DNA of 63,762 nt, filler included, from Intoshia linei (GCA_001642005.1; 8 parts of 8 records of this genome joined end to end with filler, not necessarily neighbours in it), one strand, 5' to 3'. Positions 39,161 to 53,355 are shown, numbered from the whole stretch's first letter. The notes: generated by a model from the sequence alone, not told the origin. Numbers and translations are program-made.

Positions 39161-42100
39161 TTGATGTTTATATTATTAAATAGTCAAAATTGAATAGTTT
39201 ATCAATATCAGACCTAAACTAGCTCAGTGATATGATTAAAATCATACTTATTAAATAGTGATAATTAATAATTAATTCTAAATTTGTATTAATAAATATA
39301 ATATAATATTTTGGCTTTATCATTCGAACATTAATTTTAATTGATATATCTTGGACAATGAATACAAAACCATTTAAATTTTTCAAAAATTAAAAAAATC
39401 ATGGCCCTCGAATTCACTTTTAAATACACATTGTGTATTACACAATTATCTCGATTATTATTAGTCGAGCCATTCATAGAGCATAATGACTAGGTTACGC
39501 AAGATTTTGATTATGCTCTTAAAGAAGTTTGCATCATTGTGAATTACATAATTGTGTTTATTTGTTTACATTTTATATTATTTTTAATTTATTTATTGTT
39601 CATTAACGACTTAAGAGCATAATGCTTATCCGACTAATATTTTATTTAAAATTAAATGAAAAATAAACAATTATTATGTATTGTTGCTTAACGACTTTAG
39701 AGCATAATGTTTGAATGGCTCTATTTATTAGAATGCTGATGCTACAAAAAAAATTTATGATGCGACCCGCCATGTATTTGAGTTTGACATGACTGATGTA
39801 AATTGTACATATTCCATAAAACATATTTATACCATTTATTATTACTAAAGACGATAATAACGAATACACCAAAGTGTACATTAAATTTTTAAAAATAAAA
39901 TCGTGGTTACTGTTTTGGCACATGACTAAGTATTATTAACTGATTTGATTCATTTTATATAATGTAGTTGGTATTATATGATTTTGTAGTTACTATTATA
40001 ATAATGTTTTCATTAATAATTGTATTGAAAAACAGTCTACGACGTATCAACAATAATGACAATTATTTAATATAATCTATAAAAATTATATTCTAGTTTA
40101 CAGATAGTAACTATACACTTATGATACTTTTAATTATAGCTATAATTAAAATTATTAATGATTATAATCATTAAAATTATTGGATTATTAAATTTTAATT
40201 AAATAGGAGGTAAAATATTTCCTAATAAAAACAGTATCATTAGTAAATTGTGTACTATGTAAATATAAATGTATTCTTAAGATCGTAAATTTAATAGTTT
40301 TATGTATTTAAAGTTTTATTTGGCATATGCGAAAATGTTACTCATGAATTGTCTATCAATCTTAAAAAATTTAGTAAAATTTATTTTAATTTGACAATTT
40401 GTGCGTAGGGCGGCATTATTAAATCAAAGTAAATGCTATATTGTATCCCATAATTTTATCTATTAAAATTTATAATTTTTATACAATCCCTTGGTAGCCA
40501 TGAGCAAGGTTGGGAAACCATCATTTAAAGATTAAATTATAAACAATAATAAACTTTTTTATATATGCTACATATTTATACTGTCTATATTTTTTGTATT
40601 ATAATTATGTAGAAAGTATACATTTTAATTGTTAAATTAAAAAAATATTAACTTAACATATTTTAACATGGTTTTATATACATTTCTACAACAGAAAGTA
40701 ATATCTCTAATTCAGTTATTTCAATTGTCATTAATTTTAATTTCAACATTATAGAGAGTAAATTACATATTTTGTACTTTTTATTTACGCTTATACAATG
40801 TATATGTTACAGGCAGTTTGGAAATCCAGGCAATTTGAAAATTTAAATTATTAGTTAAGTTACTATTTAACCTAATTAATTAGAGTAAAATAAGAGATTA
40901 AAAATACACAAAATTAAATATAAATATACAATTGAATTGGATAAAAAAATATTCTCTGGTGTAAAAACCCTAGAATATTTTTAATTTTTTTGTAAAATGG
41001 TTTGTAGGTAAAAAATTAATCTTAATATTTCAGTTTTAACTGGGGTCTAAATCTGTAGTCTAAATAACTAAGTTAAACTAAGCTTTACTTACCAAAGTTT
41101 GCTCTATAGACAATTAATTTTCACAAATATAATTTTCACATTGCCTGTAACATATATAATTATATATTACATGTATAACAAATGTATGAATGTGCTGTAA
41201 ATTCAATTGCATGTAATTTTCGCTATATTCTACAATTAAAAAAAATTAAAATAAGTACATGTAATTAATACTCAAAATTAATTATGCAATTATGAATATT
41301 CAATACACTAAATATCCGATCCTTTGGCATTCATATTTTACAGACCACTAAATTTTAATGTCTAAATTTTTATAAACCATTTTTACAGCTTGTAATATAT
41401 TTTTTTGTATATAATATTATACTTTATACTATTTATAATAGATTAAATATAATATTTAAATGTTTACTTTAACAATTTAAATAGATTGTAAATTAAATAC
41501 ATTTTGTGCAATATTTGTCGCATGCGAAAACTTCACTGAACCAAAAGTACAATTTTGAATATAACTTTATTTCATAATTGTTTAATTTATTATTTCCTGT
41601 TATTAGTTAGTACAGTAATGAGTTGTATGATGATTTATATCTTACCAAATTTCTTTGTCTCCATTACCTAAATATAGTACACAAAAAGTAAAAGATCAAA
41701 AAGATGTCGATTTATCTAAAAATGTATTAAATCAATCAAATGTATCGTATCGATCGACTATTTCAGATCTCGATAATCGAGAATTTTCAGGCATATATTA
41801 TATATTCATTCAGCAAAAATTTTATGTATTGAAATGCTTATATAGAAAAATTTATTTAAAAGAAAATAAAATTATCATAATTTATTGACCAAATAGTGCC
41901 ACCAAATTACCATAACATTCAACCTAGTTTTTATTATAATATGCATACTCTGTAATATATTTAAATATCTTTTAATAGTGAGTATTTTTTTAAATTAAAA
42001 TATATTTGTAAAATTTTTTTTTAATATTTCTTATTACAACTATAGGAGGTAATAATAATATACATGTAAAGTCATTATATATTGAATAAATTGTTAACTA

Positions 42101-43729
42101 TCATATTAAATTATGAATTGTATTGCCTAAAATCGACTCTATTTTTGTAAAGATTGAAGAGCCAAACCTGCCATTTCGTTCTCGAAATACAAAAAACAAA
42201 CAGATTCAAAACAGATATTTTAATAAATTATTACATTAATCAATTGATTAATGAAATAAAAAAAAAGCAAAAAAAGTTTGATGAAAAAATAAATTTTGTT
42301 CGAAAATCAACAATTTACTGTCATAAAAATTGCATACTACAATTTATACAAATAATTTAATCCATTTTAAAACGGTCGTTACACATCTGTAATTCTTCCG
42401 TTTTGATATACAGAAATATCTCACCGAAATATGTCGGGGTAAATCTGTTCGAAACAACTGCTCTACGGGTTAATAGTCATGATGTATTATTTTTTTATAA
42501 TGTTATGATGATTTAAAGAATTAGGCATCTGAGAGTAAATGACGCATTTACGCCCAATTTAATATAATTTTAAATTCAATATTATTATTATAATAAATGG
42601 GATATTATTGGATGCTTTTGGCAACCCTACATAGAACGGTCTAATTGTAACACTTTTATGATGCAGATTTACTGTGATGTTTATTTCAAAGAGTACAAAA
42701 ATTAGAGTATTAGTTGTAATTTATTATTACATTATTATAATAATATTCTCAATTATTTTAATTTTAATAGGACGTAATTTTTTTATTTTTACATTAAAAT
42801 AATGATTATATTTAACGGAAAGTAAAGCCTAAATTCTAAAATCGGAGATTCATTATTTTAGATGAATAACAGAATTTCTCGTAGTTTAACCAAACTTTTT
42901 TATTTAAGGAGCTATATAGTATAACCATGCGTTCCACATTATTTTAACTAATGATCGATCATTTACTTTGAAATTTTTCACGGACCAGTATTTAGCAACC
43001 GCTGGTATATATCATTTCACAGAGGGTCAGTTACATCAGAGTTTCCTTTTTAATTATTGAAAAACTTTTTTTAAAATTTGCAGCTTTTCCCTGTAAAATC
43101 ACATACGATATCTTGAAAATAATGATAAGATTGGTAGAATCAATGTTATAATTATCTTTATAAAATGTAACTTATATTTTAAGCTTTTAGATCCATGACT
43201 AATAAATTACTTATATAAACAATAATCATCATAAAGAGTACAGTATGGAGTACAGAGTGTAGTCGATTTGATGAAACCACCAACACTTTGCTGGTTTTTA
43301 TTACCAGCAAATTTTGATTAATATATAAATGAGTAATTTGTACAATGTAAATCGAATACAATGAAACTTGTGAGTCTCAGAAAATTTTGGTTTATTATTT
43401 TGTTGTTAGATTAATAGTTTTTTCTCGTAAGGTTTGTTAACCCTTTGGCGTAATTTACATGTATACAAACAAAAATGAGACCATTAAAAGTTTGAAATGT
43501 TTGTATACGAACATAAAGTGGAACTCTCTAAATTTTATTTCGGTGAATGCGTGCAATATGCGGTACAAACATTATATATAAACTGATTATTTGTATAGAA
43601 TGTTACGTGAAATTTGACATTTTAATCATATAACAATTGTAATTGTTACTAAACCATTGGTGTTTTACATGTTATTCAACTCTGTACAGCAATAAGTTTC
43701 ATAATAATAATTATTTGATTATTAATTGA

Positions 43730-44292
43730 AACTTTTTTTCGAGGATTTTAGAAAAAATTACATGGATTACTAGGTTTTTTTAAAATCTGAAGAAGGAAAT
43801 TGTTACATAAAAGGCTTGAAATTATATGTTTTATTAAATTTTATTAATGGTGGGATAAAAGTGGGATTTTTAAAATAATGATTTAACGGTTATCTAGGCT
43901 TTAGGATAAAATCCCAACCAAAGCTTCCAGAAAATAAACATAATTCATCTAGCAATAATAATTTATTCATTATTATTTGCATTGATTTGAAAATTTCAAA
44001 AAAAAATTGTTCACTTACGACGTAAGGATTGGTAAATCGTGTTTTTCAAAAAAATATTGGAAAAAAAGGATTTTTTATTTTTAGGTTGGATTAAGTGAAT
44101 TTTTCTCATCAGGTTTGGTAAAATCTGATTTTTTAAAAAAATATTATAAAAAGGAGATTTTCCCTAAGGGTTTGAAATTGATTTTTTTATTTAATATTAT
44201 TAAATTTTATTAATGCCGGATAAAAGTGGGATTTTTGAAATAATGATGGCCGTCTATACTTTGGGATAAAATGAACAACATCTGGCAACTCT
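43730..44292. repeat. Dispersed repeat also present at ~700-900 (inverted) and ~3760-3880
   Basis: GTGTTTTTCAAAAAA...GATTTTCCCTAAGGGTTTGAAAT block is shared. Internal duplication of TTAAATTTTATTAATG...GGATAAAAGTGGGATTTTT. Ends CATCTGGCAACTCTG. Confidence 0.55.
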
Positions 44293-45873
44293 GAAATAAT
44301 ATATTTTACACAAATAAACTAATTTTTTAATTTTGCTGGTAATGATACCAGCAGGTGCTGGTAACACCTTGGTCGTCATGAATAGCTCTTCTGCTAGGTT
44401 TTATCAAAAATTTTTAATAAATATAGAAAAAAAATAAAATTATAAAATGGTGCAATAGAATTAATCAAATTTTATTATTTTTTAAATAAATGATATATAA
44501 CTTTTAAACAATTCTTTTGATTTTAAATTTTGAAAAAAATTTCGAGTGATCCGTTTTCCCATATCTGGCTAAAATTCTCGTTTCTTATTGGAATGTGGTC
44601 GACTTAAGCTGTTAAACTGTTATTCGATGGATCTCAAAAATTCGCGTACCATGTTAACATTTAAAGTACAGAATCAGGGTCCCTGGTGCATATAATAAAG
44701 TATATAATTTGATTTTAAAGTTAGTAAATTTTATTAAATGTATTTTAATCATAAAATTTTTCTATATTTTATTGTTTAAATATAGAAAATCAACTAAAAA
44801 GTAAATTATTATAATTATCGTGTATAACCAAGGAACCTTTTTATTGTTAAAGTATGTTCCCGTTTATTTTACAGATCTACTCAGTTTTTAATGGTTGTCA
44901 AAACTCCGCTTGGAGCAATTTTTCGGAAATATTCCCTCAAAGATAATTTTTACTAGATAAAATTGGATAATTTGTTTATTTTACAACCAGTTTATAGAAT
45001 CAGTCATTTTGCTATTTCAGGCAGTGAGAATTTTCTTTAATTTTAAATTTTAAAAATTTTTTGATATCTCAATCAAATCTGTTCCAGATTGGCCACATGG
45101 ACCCTTAAAAACTAACGATTTAAATAAAAACAATTATATGTAAAAAATGCATTTTCAAATTTTTATCATTAAAATCAGAATTTTATTTTCGTAGAAGGTA
45201 TGAAAAAAATTTATAAAATTACACATTCAGTGTTTTAAATTAATATATATTTTAGAAGCTGAACTATAATAGTTCTCCATATTGAATATTGTAATATTTT
45301 TTAGTTTTATCACAATTGGAATGTTAAATTTTTGTCATTATTAAATATTTTAAAATTTCTTTATATTTACAAACATTTTATACCCTGTTTTGCACCTATC
45401 CACCCATCAGATATTAAACTAAATACATAAAACTAAATCGATATTGTTATTTTAAAAATAAGTATAATAAAATTATAGTTCCAATAAAATATAAAAAAAC
45501 ACATTACAAACCTTGTATCACAAAAAAACTTAATTTCTGACCACTCAATGGAAAATTATTTTTACCACTACTTAAATCTTTCATCAATGTTATCAATGGC
45601 ACTTACTAATTTACCATTGCATTGCTAATAAATTGTCTATAATAAAGTTTCAGGTTGTTTATTTAATAAACTAAACAAATTATCTACTATTAAATAATAT
45701 GTCATGCTCATCAATTCATTTTCTTCACACCAATGGAACTGTAATTTTAATACTTTTTATTATTTAAATTTTTTAATTTATTCATATCAGTTCAAAATTT
45801 TTTAAACCTTACATAAAAATTTTTTGTATATTTCAATAATGTATTCGTAAAACTTGGACAATGAACATTATAC

Positions 45874-46612
45874 ATGAGTTTTGTATTAGATTTGAAAAAT
45901 ATGCAATGTATTATAGATGTTTAATTATTTTATCTTTATTTAATATTTTATCCATTATAGATTTTATTGCAAAGAAACTATCGAGGTGATGTACCTATGG
46001 GTTGTGCTAATCGTTTCGTGAGTAAGCTCAATGATCAACAGCAAAATGGAAATCATATGCCTCTAGTCAAAATTAACAGATACTATTTTCCGTACATAAG
46101 ACACAAGGATATATACCGTAATTTTAAAATAACAGCTTAAGGCAATTAGTCAATTAAAAAAAAATTCAAATTTGTAAATAATTATAATAACAAAATTAAA
46201 ACGCATTTATAGTTAAAAAATAATTACTATAATGCATTTTCATATTATTGACAAATATCCAGTCAAGTAATTCGTACAAAAATTTAGCTCAATATCGGGG
46301 GGATGTTTTATAGTTTTATTTTTTCTTGAGTTAAAATATAAAAGTGTATATATTTCTTTATTAATCAGATTTATAGTAGTTGCTTCCACCAAATCCAATT
46401 GTAACATAATCATGTGCTATGAATTTTTGTACAAAATAATTCAAGTAACTTATTGTTTTAAATATTTTCATTTATCTGTAGGTTATTGAAAATTATATAA
46501 AATCCATTAGAATTGAAAGTGTGCGAGATAATTTTATAATCATTTATGAATTACTTGATGAAATAATAGATTTCGGTTATCCACAAACAACAGACCCAAA
46601 TATTCTAAAGGA
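45874..46612 (+). CDS. AP1M: AP-1 adaptor complex mu subunit, N-terminal longin domain (3' truncated by spacer)
   Basis: Spliced sequence VLDLK...|ILLQRNYRGDV...YIRHKDIY|LVASTKSN...YEFLYKIIQ|VIENY...ESVRDNFIIIYELLDEIIDFGYPQTTD carries the mu-adaptin signature. RNYRGDV and GYPQTTD favour mu1. The first exon is tentative. Confidence 0.85.
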
Positions 46613-46695
46613 GTAAGTATATTTAATATATAATCCTAACCTATACACACTGTGTCAAATTTTTAGGCAAATCATATAAAGCTATGTAATACACT

Positions 46696-46795
46696 NNNNN
46701 NNNNNNNNNNNNNNNNNNNNNNNNNNNNNNNNNNNNNNNTTAATTAATTAANNNNNNNNNNNNNNNNNNNNNNNNNNNNNNNNNNNNNNNNNNNN
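46696..46795. other. Artificial contig spacer
   Basis: 44 N + TTAATTAATTAA + 44 N. Confidence 0.97.
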
Positions 46796-47066
46796 CCATC
46801 TGTTTAACTTGAATAACCAATTCATTGACATCGACTGGAAGTTTTTCCTCTAGTAGAAGCTTATGTAAACTAATTTCAAGATTAAATATTATGAGTTTGA
46901 TCTGATCCGATTGGGGTGCTTGGCAAGATTCACTCCATAATCTAATCAATTTTCCCCATGTCTCTACATTCGATTTTGAGAATTTAGGTATTGGAATAAC
47001 AAAATTTGTTGGTTTTACATCTAGCATTTGATCGCTCATTTTTAATTGTAATGAGTAATGTGACAA
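46796..47066 (-). mobile_element. Probable retrotransposon gag N-terminal fragment
   Basis: Intronless ORF IPIPKFSKSNVETWGKLIRLW...DQIKLIIFNL resembles the P.F.....W start of gag capsids. It runs into the spacer. Confidence 0.45.
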
Positions 47067-47109
47067 TAATTTATTGAATGCAAAAAATTATAAATTAAAG
47101 CTTTTCATA

Positions 47110-49109
47110 GGATCAAATATTGCAATGCAAACCTGTATAAGATTCGCTATGCATGATTAGATATATATACCTGGAATATAATGAAGTTCAGTTATTTAGA
47201 ATAAGTTTCTATCTTTGTATTTAAAGTGCTAGCAGGATGCCGTTACCGGTGACTTACTTAATATGGAGTAGCTAAATTAGATATCGTAAGATATTATTGC
47301 ATATCAAACGATCTTAATTATATAATTGTGATTTACAGCCGACATTCTCAACCCTTTTTCGCTATTTGCTTTTTACTAATACAATTTTTCAATAATGATG
47401 CATTACAAATTTTATTTTCCAAAATTAAATTCTTCAGGGTCAAAAACCGATTATCTTTTTTTAAAAATAAAATCAGCCCTAAAATTTAAAAAAGCATATA
47501 TTCTGGAACGCGTTGGAAATTCGTTACCATCGGCGTAAACCTCACCCTCAGAAACTTAAATCTTCATATTCAAAACCCTAAATTAAACTTTTTTTTAAAA
47601 ATGAAGTCTTAAAATTTTATAAAACATACATTCTGTGAGTTTTTAAAATCATAAGAATTTATCATAAATAGTAATCGCAAAAAATTGCATTTTTTGTTAT
47701 ATGTTAATTTTACGATTTAATCTAATGAGGCAGCAGAAATATCTAACCTAGCCTGTGAACGCCGATAGTACATATAATTTTCTCTCTTTCTTTTTAGTAA
47801 ACGTTCAGTGTGTTGATTAATTTTATCTTTATATAATTTTAAATTCGTAAAGTCTATCTCTCGTTAAGACCATTTTTTTCTATCAGTTCGTTTGTTAATA
47901 ATAATATAATATATAATAATAGAGATATGTCAAAATCAATGTTGAAATGTGTGTTATCATACGAATATATTCCACTGAATAGTTGAAATGATTTCTTTAA
48001 TCGACCGAAGAACCTTTCAACGCAGCTACGCATTTGTTCCAACTGTTTTTGGTCATCTTTTTCAATTTGATTTACCAAAGATGTAGGACGTTTCATTGCC
48101 AATTTGCGTATCTCCGGTGTATCGCTTTCTGGTCCCAAATACCCAGTGTCCATCAACAACGCCCATCTATTGTCATTATCATCGGGCATTCTTTCAACAT
48201 CTGTTTTTTTAAATAATCCAGGTATGATTTATAGCTATTTTTAAATATTTTTTAATCATGAGCACCCCTACAGCAGCAGGTTGAGAGAACAGAGCGTAAT
48301 GTGGTGCAATTGCCATTACCCCAACTTTTTTCTTTAGTGCGTTTATATGGTTTTTACCGTCCCATATACGTTTGGAATGTATTTCTATTTCACGTGGACG
48401 ATAGACCTAAATTTAATTAAATATTAATTTATATGGCATCACCTATACACTTATACTATCAACAACTAAACCTACATATGGATATCGTCCCTCCAAAGCC
48501 ACCGGTCTTTTTCTAACTAACCACCACTTATCTTAGATAATCGTAGAGGTTGGAGCATATATTCTATGGCCTTCTGAACAGTTGCTACGTACTTCATTCT
48601 AAATGTTAGAGCTATTACTTTATATTTAAGGCCATTTTTCATCCAATATAAAAGTAATAATAAGGAATCCAAATCGTTGACCTTCCTTTTTGGTCCTCTT
48701 CTTTTATAAAGAAGAGCAGATCCTAAAATAATCATTATTTCGAAAAATATCTTGGGTTCATGGTATTTTTATTTCTGAAAACTATATACCTTTTAAGCCG
48801 GTAAAAATTATTTGAATTTCCAATTCAGTGAAATTCACGGCCTCTTTAAACATATCTTCATATTTTATAATATCATAAACCTTACCTTTCATCACTGCTC
48901 TTCCTTCATTATACACATCATCATATTCCACTTCTTCAATACTGTTTATTCTGTTTTCATTATTTATAGCGTTTTTTCTCAACATTTCTGGTTCAATTAA
49001 TTTTGGTAGTCGTCAAGATAACTATATCAAAATCATATTTATTAAGTAAGAGCTGTATCTAATTATGCATAGCGAATCTTATAAAAGTTTGCATTGAAAT
49101 ATTTGATCC
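47110..49109 (-). mobile_element. PIF/Harbinger-like (DDE_Tnp_4) transposon with ~55-bp TIRs and 3-bp ATA TSD; pseudogenized transposase
   Basis: ATA|GGATCAAATATTGCAATGCAAAC...GTTTGCATTGAAATATTTGATCC|ATA. Minus strand carries an HTH region (RRGPKRK..DSLLLLLYWMK) and the motifs GLVVDS, WDGKNHINALK, WALLMDTGY and RSCVERFFGRLK. A Helitron fragment is nested at ~47400-47700. Confidence 0.85.
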
Positions 49110-49399
49110 ATAGTATATATTTGTAAAAGTGACGTGGACGATTTGTATAACTATTGTAATAAAGTTGCATGATAAGAATTTGTTAATAGTAACGCTACAG
49201 GAGGTTTCCTAAGTTTTTATACTTGTAAGTAATTTAATTTATTACCAAAGAATTTACTTTTACATGATTTTCACGTTTTATATTAGTATTTTTGAGCCTT
49301 TGTGTTATAAAAACGACTTTATGTTATTTAAAATATCTATAATATGTAATAAATGTATATAATTTTCATGGACCCAGTTGAGAATGGCTGATTTAAAGG

Positions 49400-49937
49400 A
49401 GTGGTTTCAAACTTGTTACAAGTGGACCGTCATAATAATATATATTCGTACCTATTTAATAAATAATTAAAAATACTAATTATGTATCAATAATTAACGG
49501 AATCAGCATTTTAGAAACATGTCAGATGCATTTTACCAATATTGTAAAGCATTGTAAATTACAATGATATTACTATTTATGCTACAATTTGTAATAGATA
49601 TAAAAATGATGATAACAAAGTTGTATTACTTTTAGTAATTCGTTGTTGTAGTTTTAATTTAAATTTTAAATAAAATGTTTCGGAGGCTGAGATTAACGTT
49701 CAAGAATCTATGTTTTATTACATTTTGGGTTTATTTTGGGCTGATTTTTTTGAAACAAAAGGGGAAAGTGGGTTTTTGACCATGAAAGACTCAAATTCTT
49801 AAACTGAAAAATAAATAAAAACGCGCTCTGAGAAAAACTGTATATTAATTGGGTTTTTTTAAATCCTGCGACTGTCAATTTTTTCAATAAATGGTTAACA
49901 CACACATACAGACATTCATTTTTATATAAGTAAAGGA
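49400..49937 (-). repeat. Helitron-like family, internally deleted copy
   Basis: 5' end ACACACAC...TATATAAGTAAAGGA|T, with internal blocks shared with 25.8-26.0 kb. Confidence 0.6.
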
Positions 49938-49956
49938 TATTTAGTAAAATATATAC

Positions 49957-50665
49957 CAGTGATTCTTAACCTGGGCGATAGCGCTTCCCTTGGGGCATTT
50001 TTATGATCGAATGGGGCGAAAATATTTTTATCTCATCAGTTGGGATTCCAATATAGCATCAAATTCAATTTGAAAACATTCAAAGACAAATATTTTATTT
50101 CTGAATATAATATGATTTGCTACTGTTTGCATCTTGCATCGTTAAAGGATGATATGGTCATAAGATTCAAAGACATTATTGAATTAGAAATACCAGAGTA
50201 TGCAATAAATCCATTCAATGTGGATGTTAATTCAATTCCACCGAATTTAGTAGAAGGATTGATTGACTTACAAAATGACATTGAGGCACAATTCATTTTT
50301 AAACAAAAGGGTAACTCTACCTTATTTTTTTAAACAAAGTATGCATATCCAAACCTTTAGAACGAAGTTAAATTGTTACTATTGGCCTTTCCATCTACTT
50401 ATTTTGTTGAGAAAGGTTTTAGCGTAGTAACTGATCTTCAATCAAAAAAGAGAAAAAAACTACATTTATCAAAACGGGGTGACTTAAGATTATGCTTAAC
50501 AAATATCGATCCTAATATAGAAAAATTATCAAATAGTCATCAATATCAGGGTAGCCATTAATAATAAATTTTATTTTTTTATTGTAAAGCTTAAACATTT
50601 ATGATGTCATCATTCCATTTAATATTTCTCATTTCAAATTTGTTACATTTATTCATTATAATATA
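49957..50665 (+). mobile_element. hAT Charlie/Buster deletion derivative (transposase C-terminus)
   Basis: CAGTGATTCTTAACCTGGG TIR, then HLASLKDDMVIRFKD...INPF...LIDLQND and AFPSTYFVEKGFS...RGDLRLCLTNIDPNIEKL..HQYQGSH*. Confidence 0.88.
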
Positions 50666-50765
50666 NNNNNNNNNNNNNNNNNNNNNNNNNNNNNNNNNNN
50701 NNNNNNNNNTTAATTAATTAANNNNNNNNNNNNNNNNNNNNNNNNNNNNNNNNNNNNNNNNNNNN
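50666..50765. other. Artificial contig spacer
   Basis: 44 N + TTAATTAATTAA + 44 N. Confidence 0.97.
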
Positions 50766-51409
50766 TACAACATTTTCAGAAAAATTTTAAGAGCAGAACG
50801 AAATTTAGTTTATGGCTTAGATAACACTGTTAGGATTCGAATGATGTTTGTCATTCTATCTGATTAAATCGTAATCTTGAGATATTTTATTTTTAAAGTG
50901 TATAAGAAAATTTATATAATATATATAGAATTAAGTTATATTCAAGTTGATGTTAAATTCAATTTTGTCATCCTTTAAAAATATAATTTCAAAAAAATAA
51001 AAATTAACTTCAAGTGAATATAAGTATATAACATATTCTGATTAAAAATTTACGATATCGACTGTAGATAAAAAATTGGCCTGAACCATTATTCTAATTT
51101 TTGAAAAGAACAGAACATTTTGATATAACCCATGTACTCCAAAATGTGTACCTTATACTGTATTAGGAATGAAAATCTGGTTAGATATCAAAAAAAATCT
51201 ATAAAACGTTAAAAATAAGAACATTTATATTTAATAAAATTTATTTATGACAATTTGGTGTTTTCTGTGTACCAAAAATAATCTTTAATCACTGATATCA
51301 TATTTTTTCCGGCGAATCTTCTTCAAATTTTTTCAAAGTTTGATGGAAACGTTCCCCATGGTCATCAGAATGAAGATGTGTATTTGGTAATTTGTTGATA
51401 TGACATTGT

Positions 51410-51965
51410 AACAAATGGACTTTTTTAATTTTCGGACCGTTAATTATTTCACATTTTAAGTTTTAATAAAATATTTCGGAAAAAAAATATAAGAATATTA
51501 AAATGCTTTTTTGACCATGAAGGCGTCACTTATTCGGATTGAAATTTTTTATGTGTATTAACAGGATACAATTGTACCACCTGTAATTTTTTTTAAATTC
51601 TGTGGATGTTTTCATTAAAAAAAAATAGAGTAATTTGGTGGTTTGGCCCTGAAGATATATTTTTTTAAATTTAAATTTATGATAATATTTATGATTTTAA
51701 AATCCGTATCGGAGTATATATTTTTTCAATTTTATAATTCTCGAATTCGTTTGATTTTCAAAAAAAAGAACAATTGAGATTTTTGACCCGTAAAATGTTA
51801 TTGTGGGAGGTTGAAATTTATTTTGCTAACACCCTCAGAAAAAACTGTAATTGAAATGTGGACTTTAAATTGAAAATTCTAAAATTATATATACATGTAG
51901 TAGTTATTGAAATAAACGTTAACACACAAACAAATATTGCATAGTATATTATACATAAGTAAGGA
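51410..51965 (-). repeat. Helitron-like family 5' part
   Basis: Reverse complement matches 6326-6850. Ends ACACACAAAC...ATAAGTAAGGA|T. Confidence 0.72.
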
Positions 51966-52936
51966 TTTACATGTTAACAAAATCTACAATTTTTATAGTT
52001 GTATGTATTTAATTCGTAATAACATTAAAGTATTAATTTAATTAAAATATCTGTCAGTTGTTCATTAATGTTTAAATATGCCGGAAGCATTATTGCGATC
52101 TTATTCTTTGATCTTAGAAACACAATAAAAACCGATAAATAATAATTATAATATAATATATAGATATATTATTAGTAGTATTTTTACATGCGTTTTTGAT
52201 TACAATAATCATCATTGACCACATCACATTTATATCAGAAATGTATCACAATTAACTTTAAAGTTATAACTTATAACTACCATTCAAACACAGTGGTAAA
52301 TTTTACCAGGTAAAGTTACAGCAATGATAATTTTTGAAAAATATAAAATAAACTTTGGTAAATTCGCATATTTTTGATAGACTAAAAATATTTACACCAA
52401 ACTTTGAAAAATCACAAATTAATTCGGTTTATTGTATGTTAAATTTTAATTTAACTTTTTACCCCAGTTTGTTGCACAGTAATATATAGGCCCATTCTTG
52501 TAACGCCCAAATGGTTAAATTCACACATAAATAGATGTAGATGACAAAATAATATAATATATTGTCCAGAAATAGCCTTAAATTGACAACAGAAAAATTG
52601 GAAATATGTTAATTAGCATTAGTTTGGAGAGAAACGAATTACAATACTTAAATTTTAACATAGAATGTGATTCATTCGAAATTTACAAAAAACACTTTTT
52701 AATGTTCACTTTTAGTTTATCGAAGATTCTTGTGAATCTATAAATAAATGAAGACAATTAATTCATTTAATAGTTTAGTAGAAATGAAGTCGACAAATAC
52801 TACCAATAATTAAATCATGGTTATTGGTTATAATAGTGTAAAAATTCAAATTAAAATATAAAAATAAACCTTGGCGTTACATAAATAAACTTTTTAAAAT
52901 GAATATACATTTTAAATGTAACATTTATTTATACAT

Positions 52937-53255
52937 TTATTTTATTAGATATGTAATGAAAGGATGCTCTCCAGTGTGTTCTCTTAGTATTAGGAGATTT
53001 TCATCTATTTCAATATCATGGCATTTTTCAATGCCAGCAATTTTTGTTTCGTTCCATTTGTATTTTTTAACTCCACCTTTTTCAATGAAGGTGTTTGGAC
53101 ATAACCTCTGAGCCGTATTAACAAATGTTATTGCATCATTGACAATAGGGGTATCATGACTTTTAAACATTACTGATTTTCGCACCATATGCTTTACTCG
53201 TCCCCCAATCCCATCAACAACACCCTTCCCATGGCTTGTTGCAAAAAATCTCCAA
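52937..53255 (-). mobile_element. Sola-like DNA transposase fragment
   Basis: Minus strand reads WRFFATSHGKGVVDGIGGRVKHMVR. The family call rests on recall of the HGKxxxDGxGG motif. Inverted TGTAACGCC / GGCGTTACA motifs lie downstream at ~52499 and ~52875. Confidence 0.65.
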
Positions 53256-53355
53256 NNNNNNNNNNNNNNNNNNNNNNNNNNNNNNNNNNNNNNNNNNNNT
53301 TAATTAATTAANNNNNNNNNNNNNNNNNNNNNNNNNNNNNNNNNNNNNNNNNNNN
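53256..53355. other. Artificial contig spacer
   Basis: 44 N + TTAATTAATTAA + 44 N. Confidence 0.97.
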
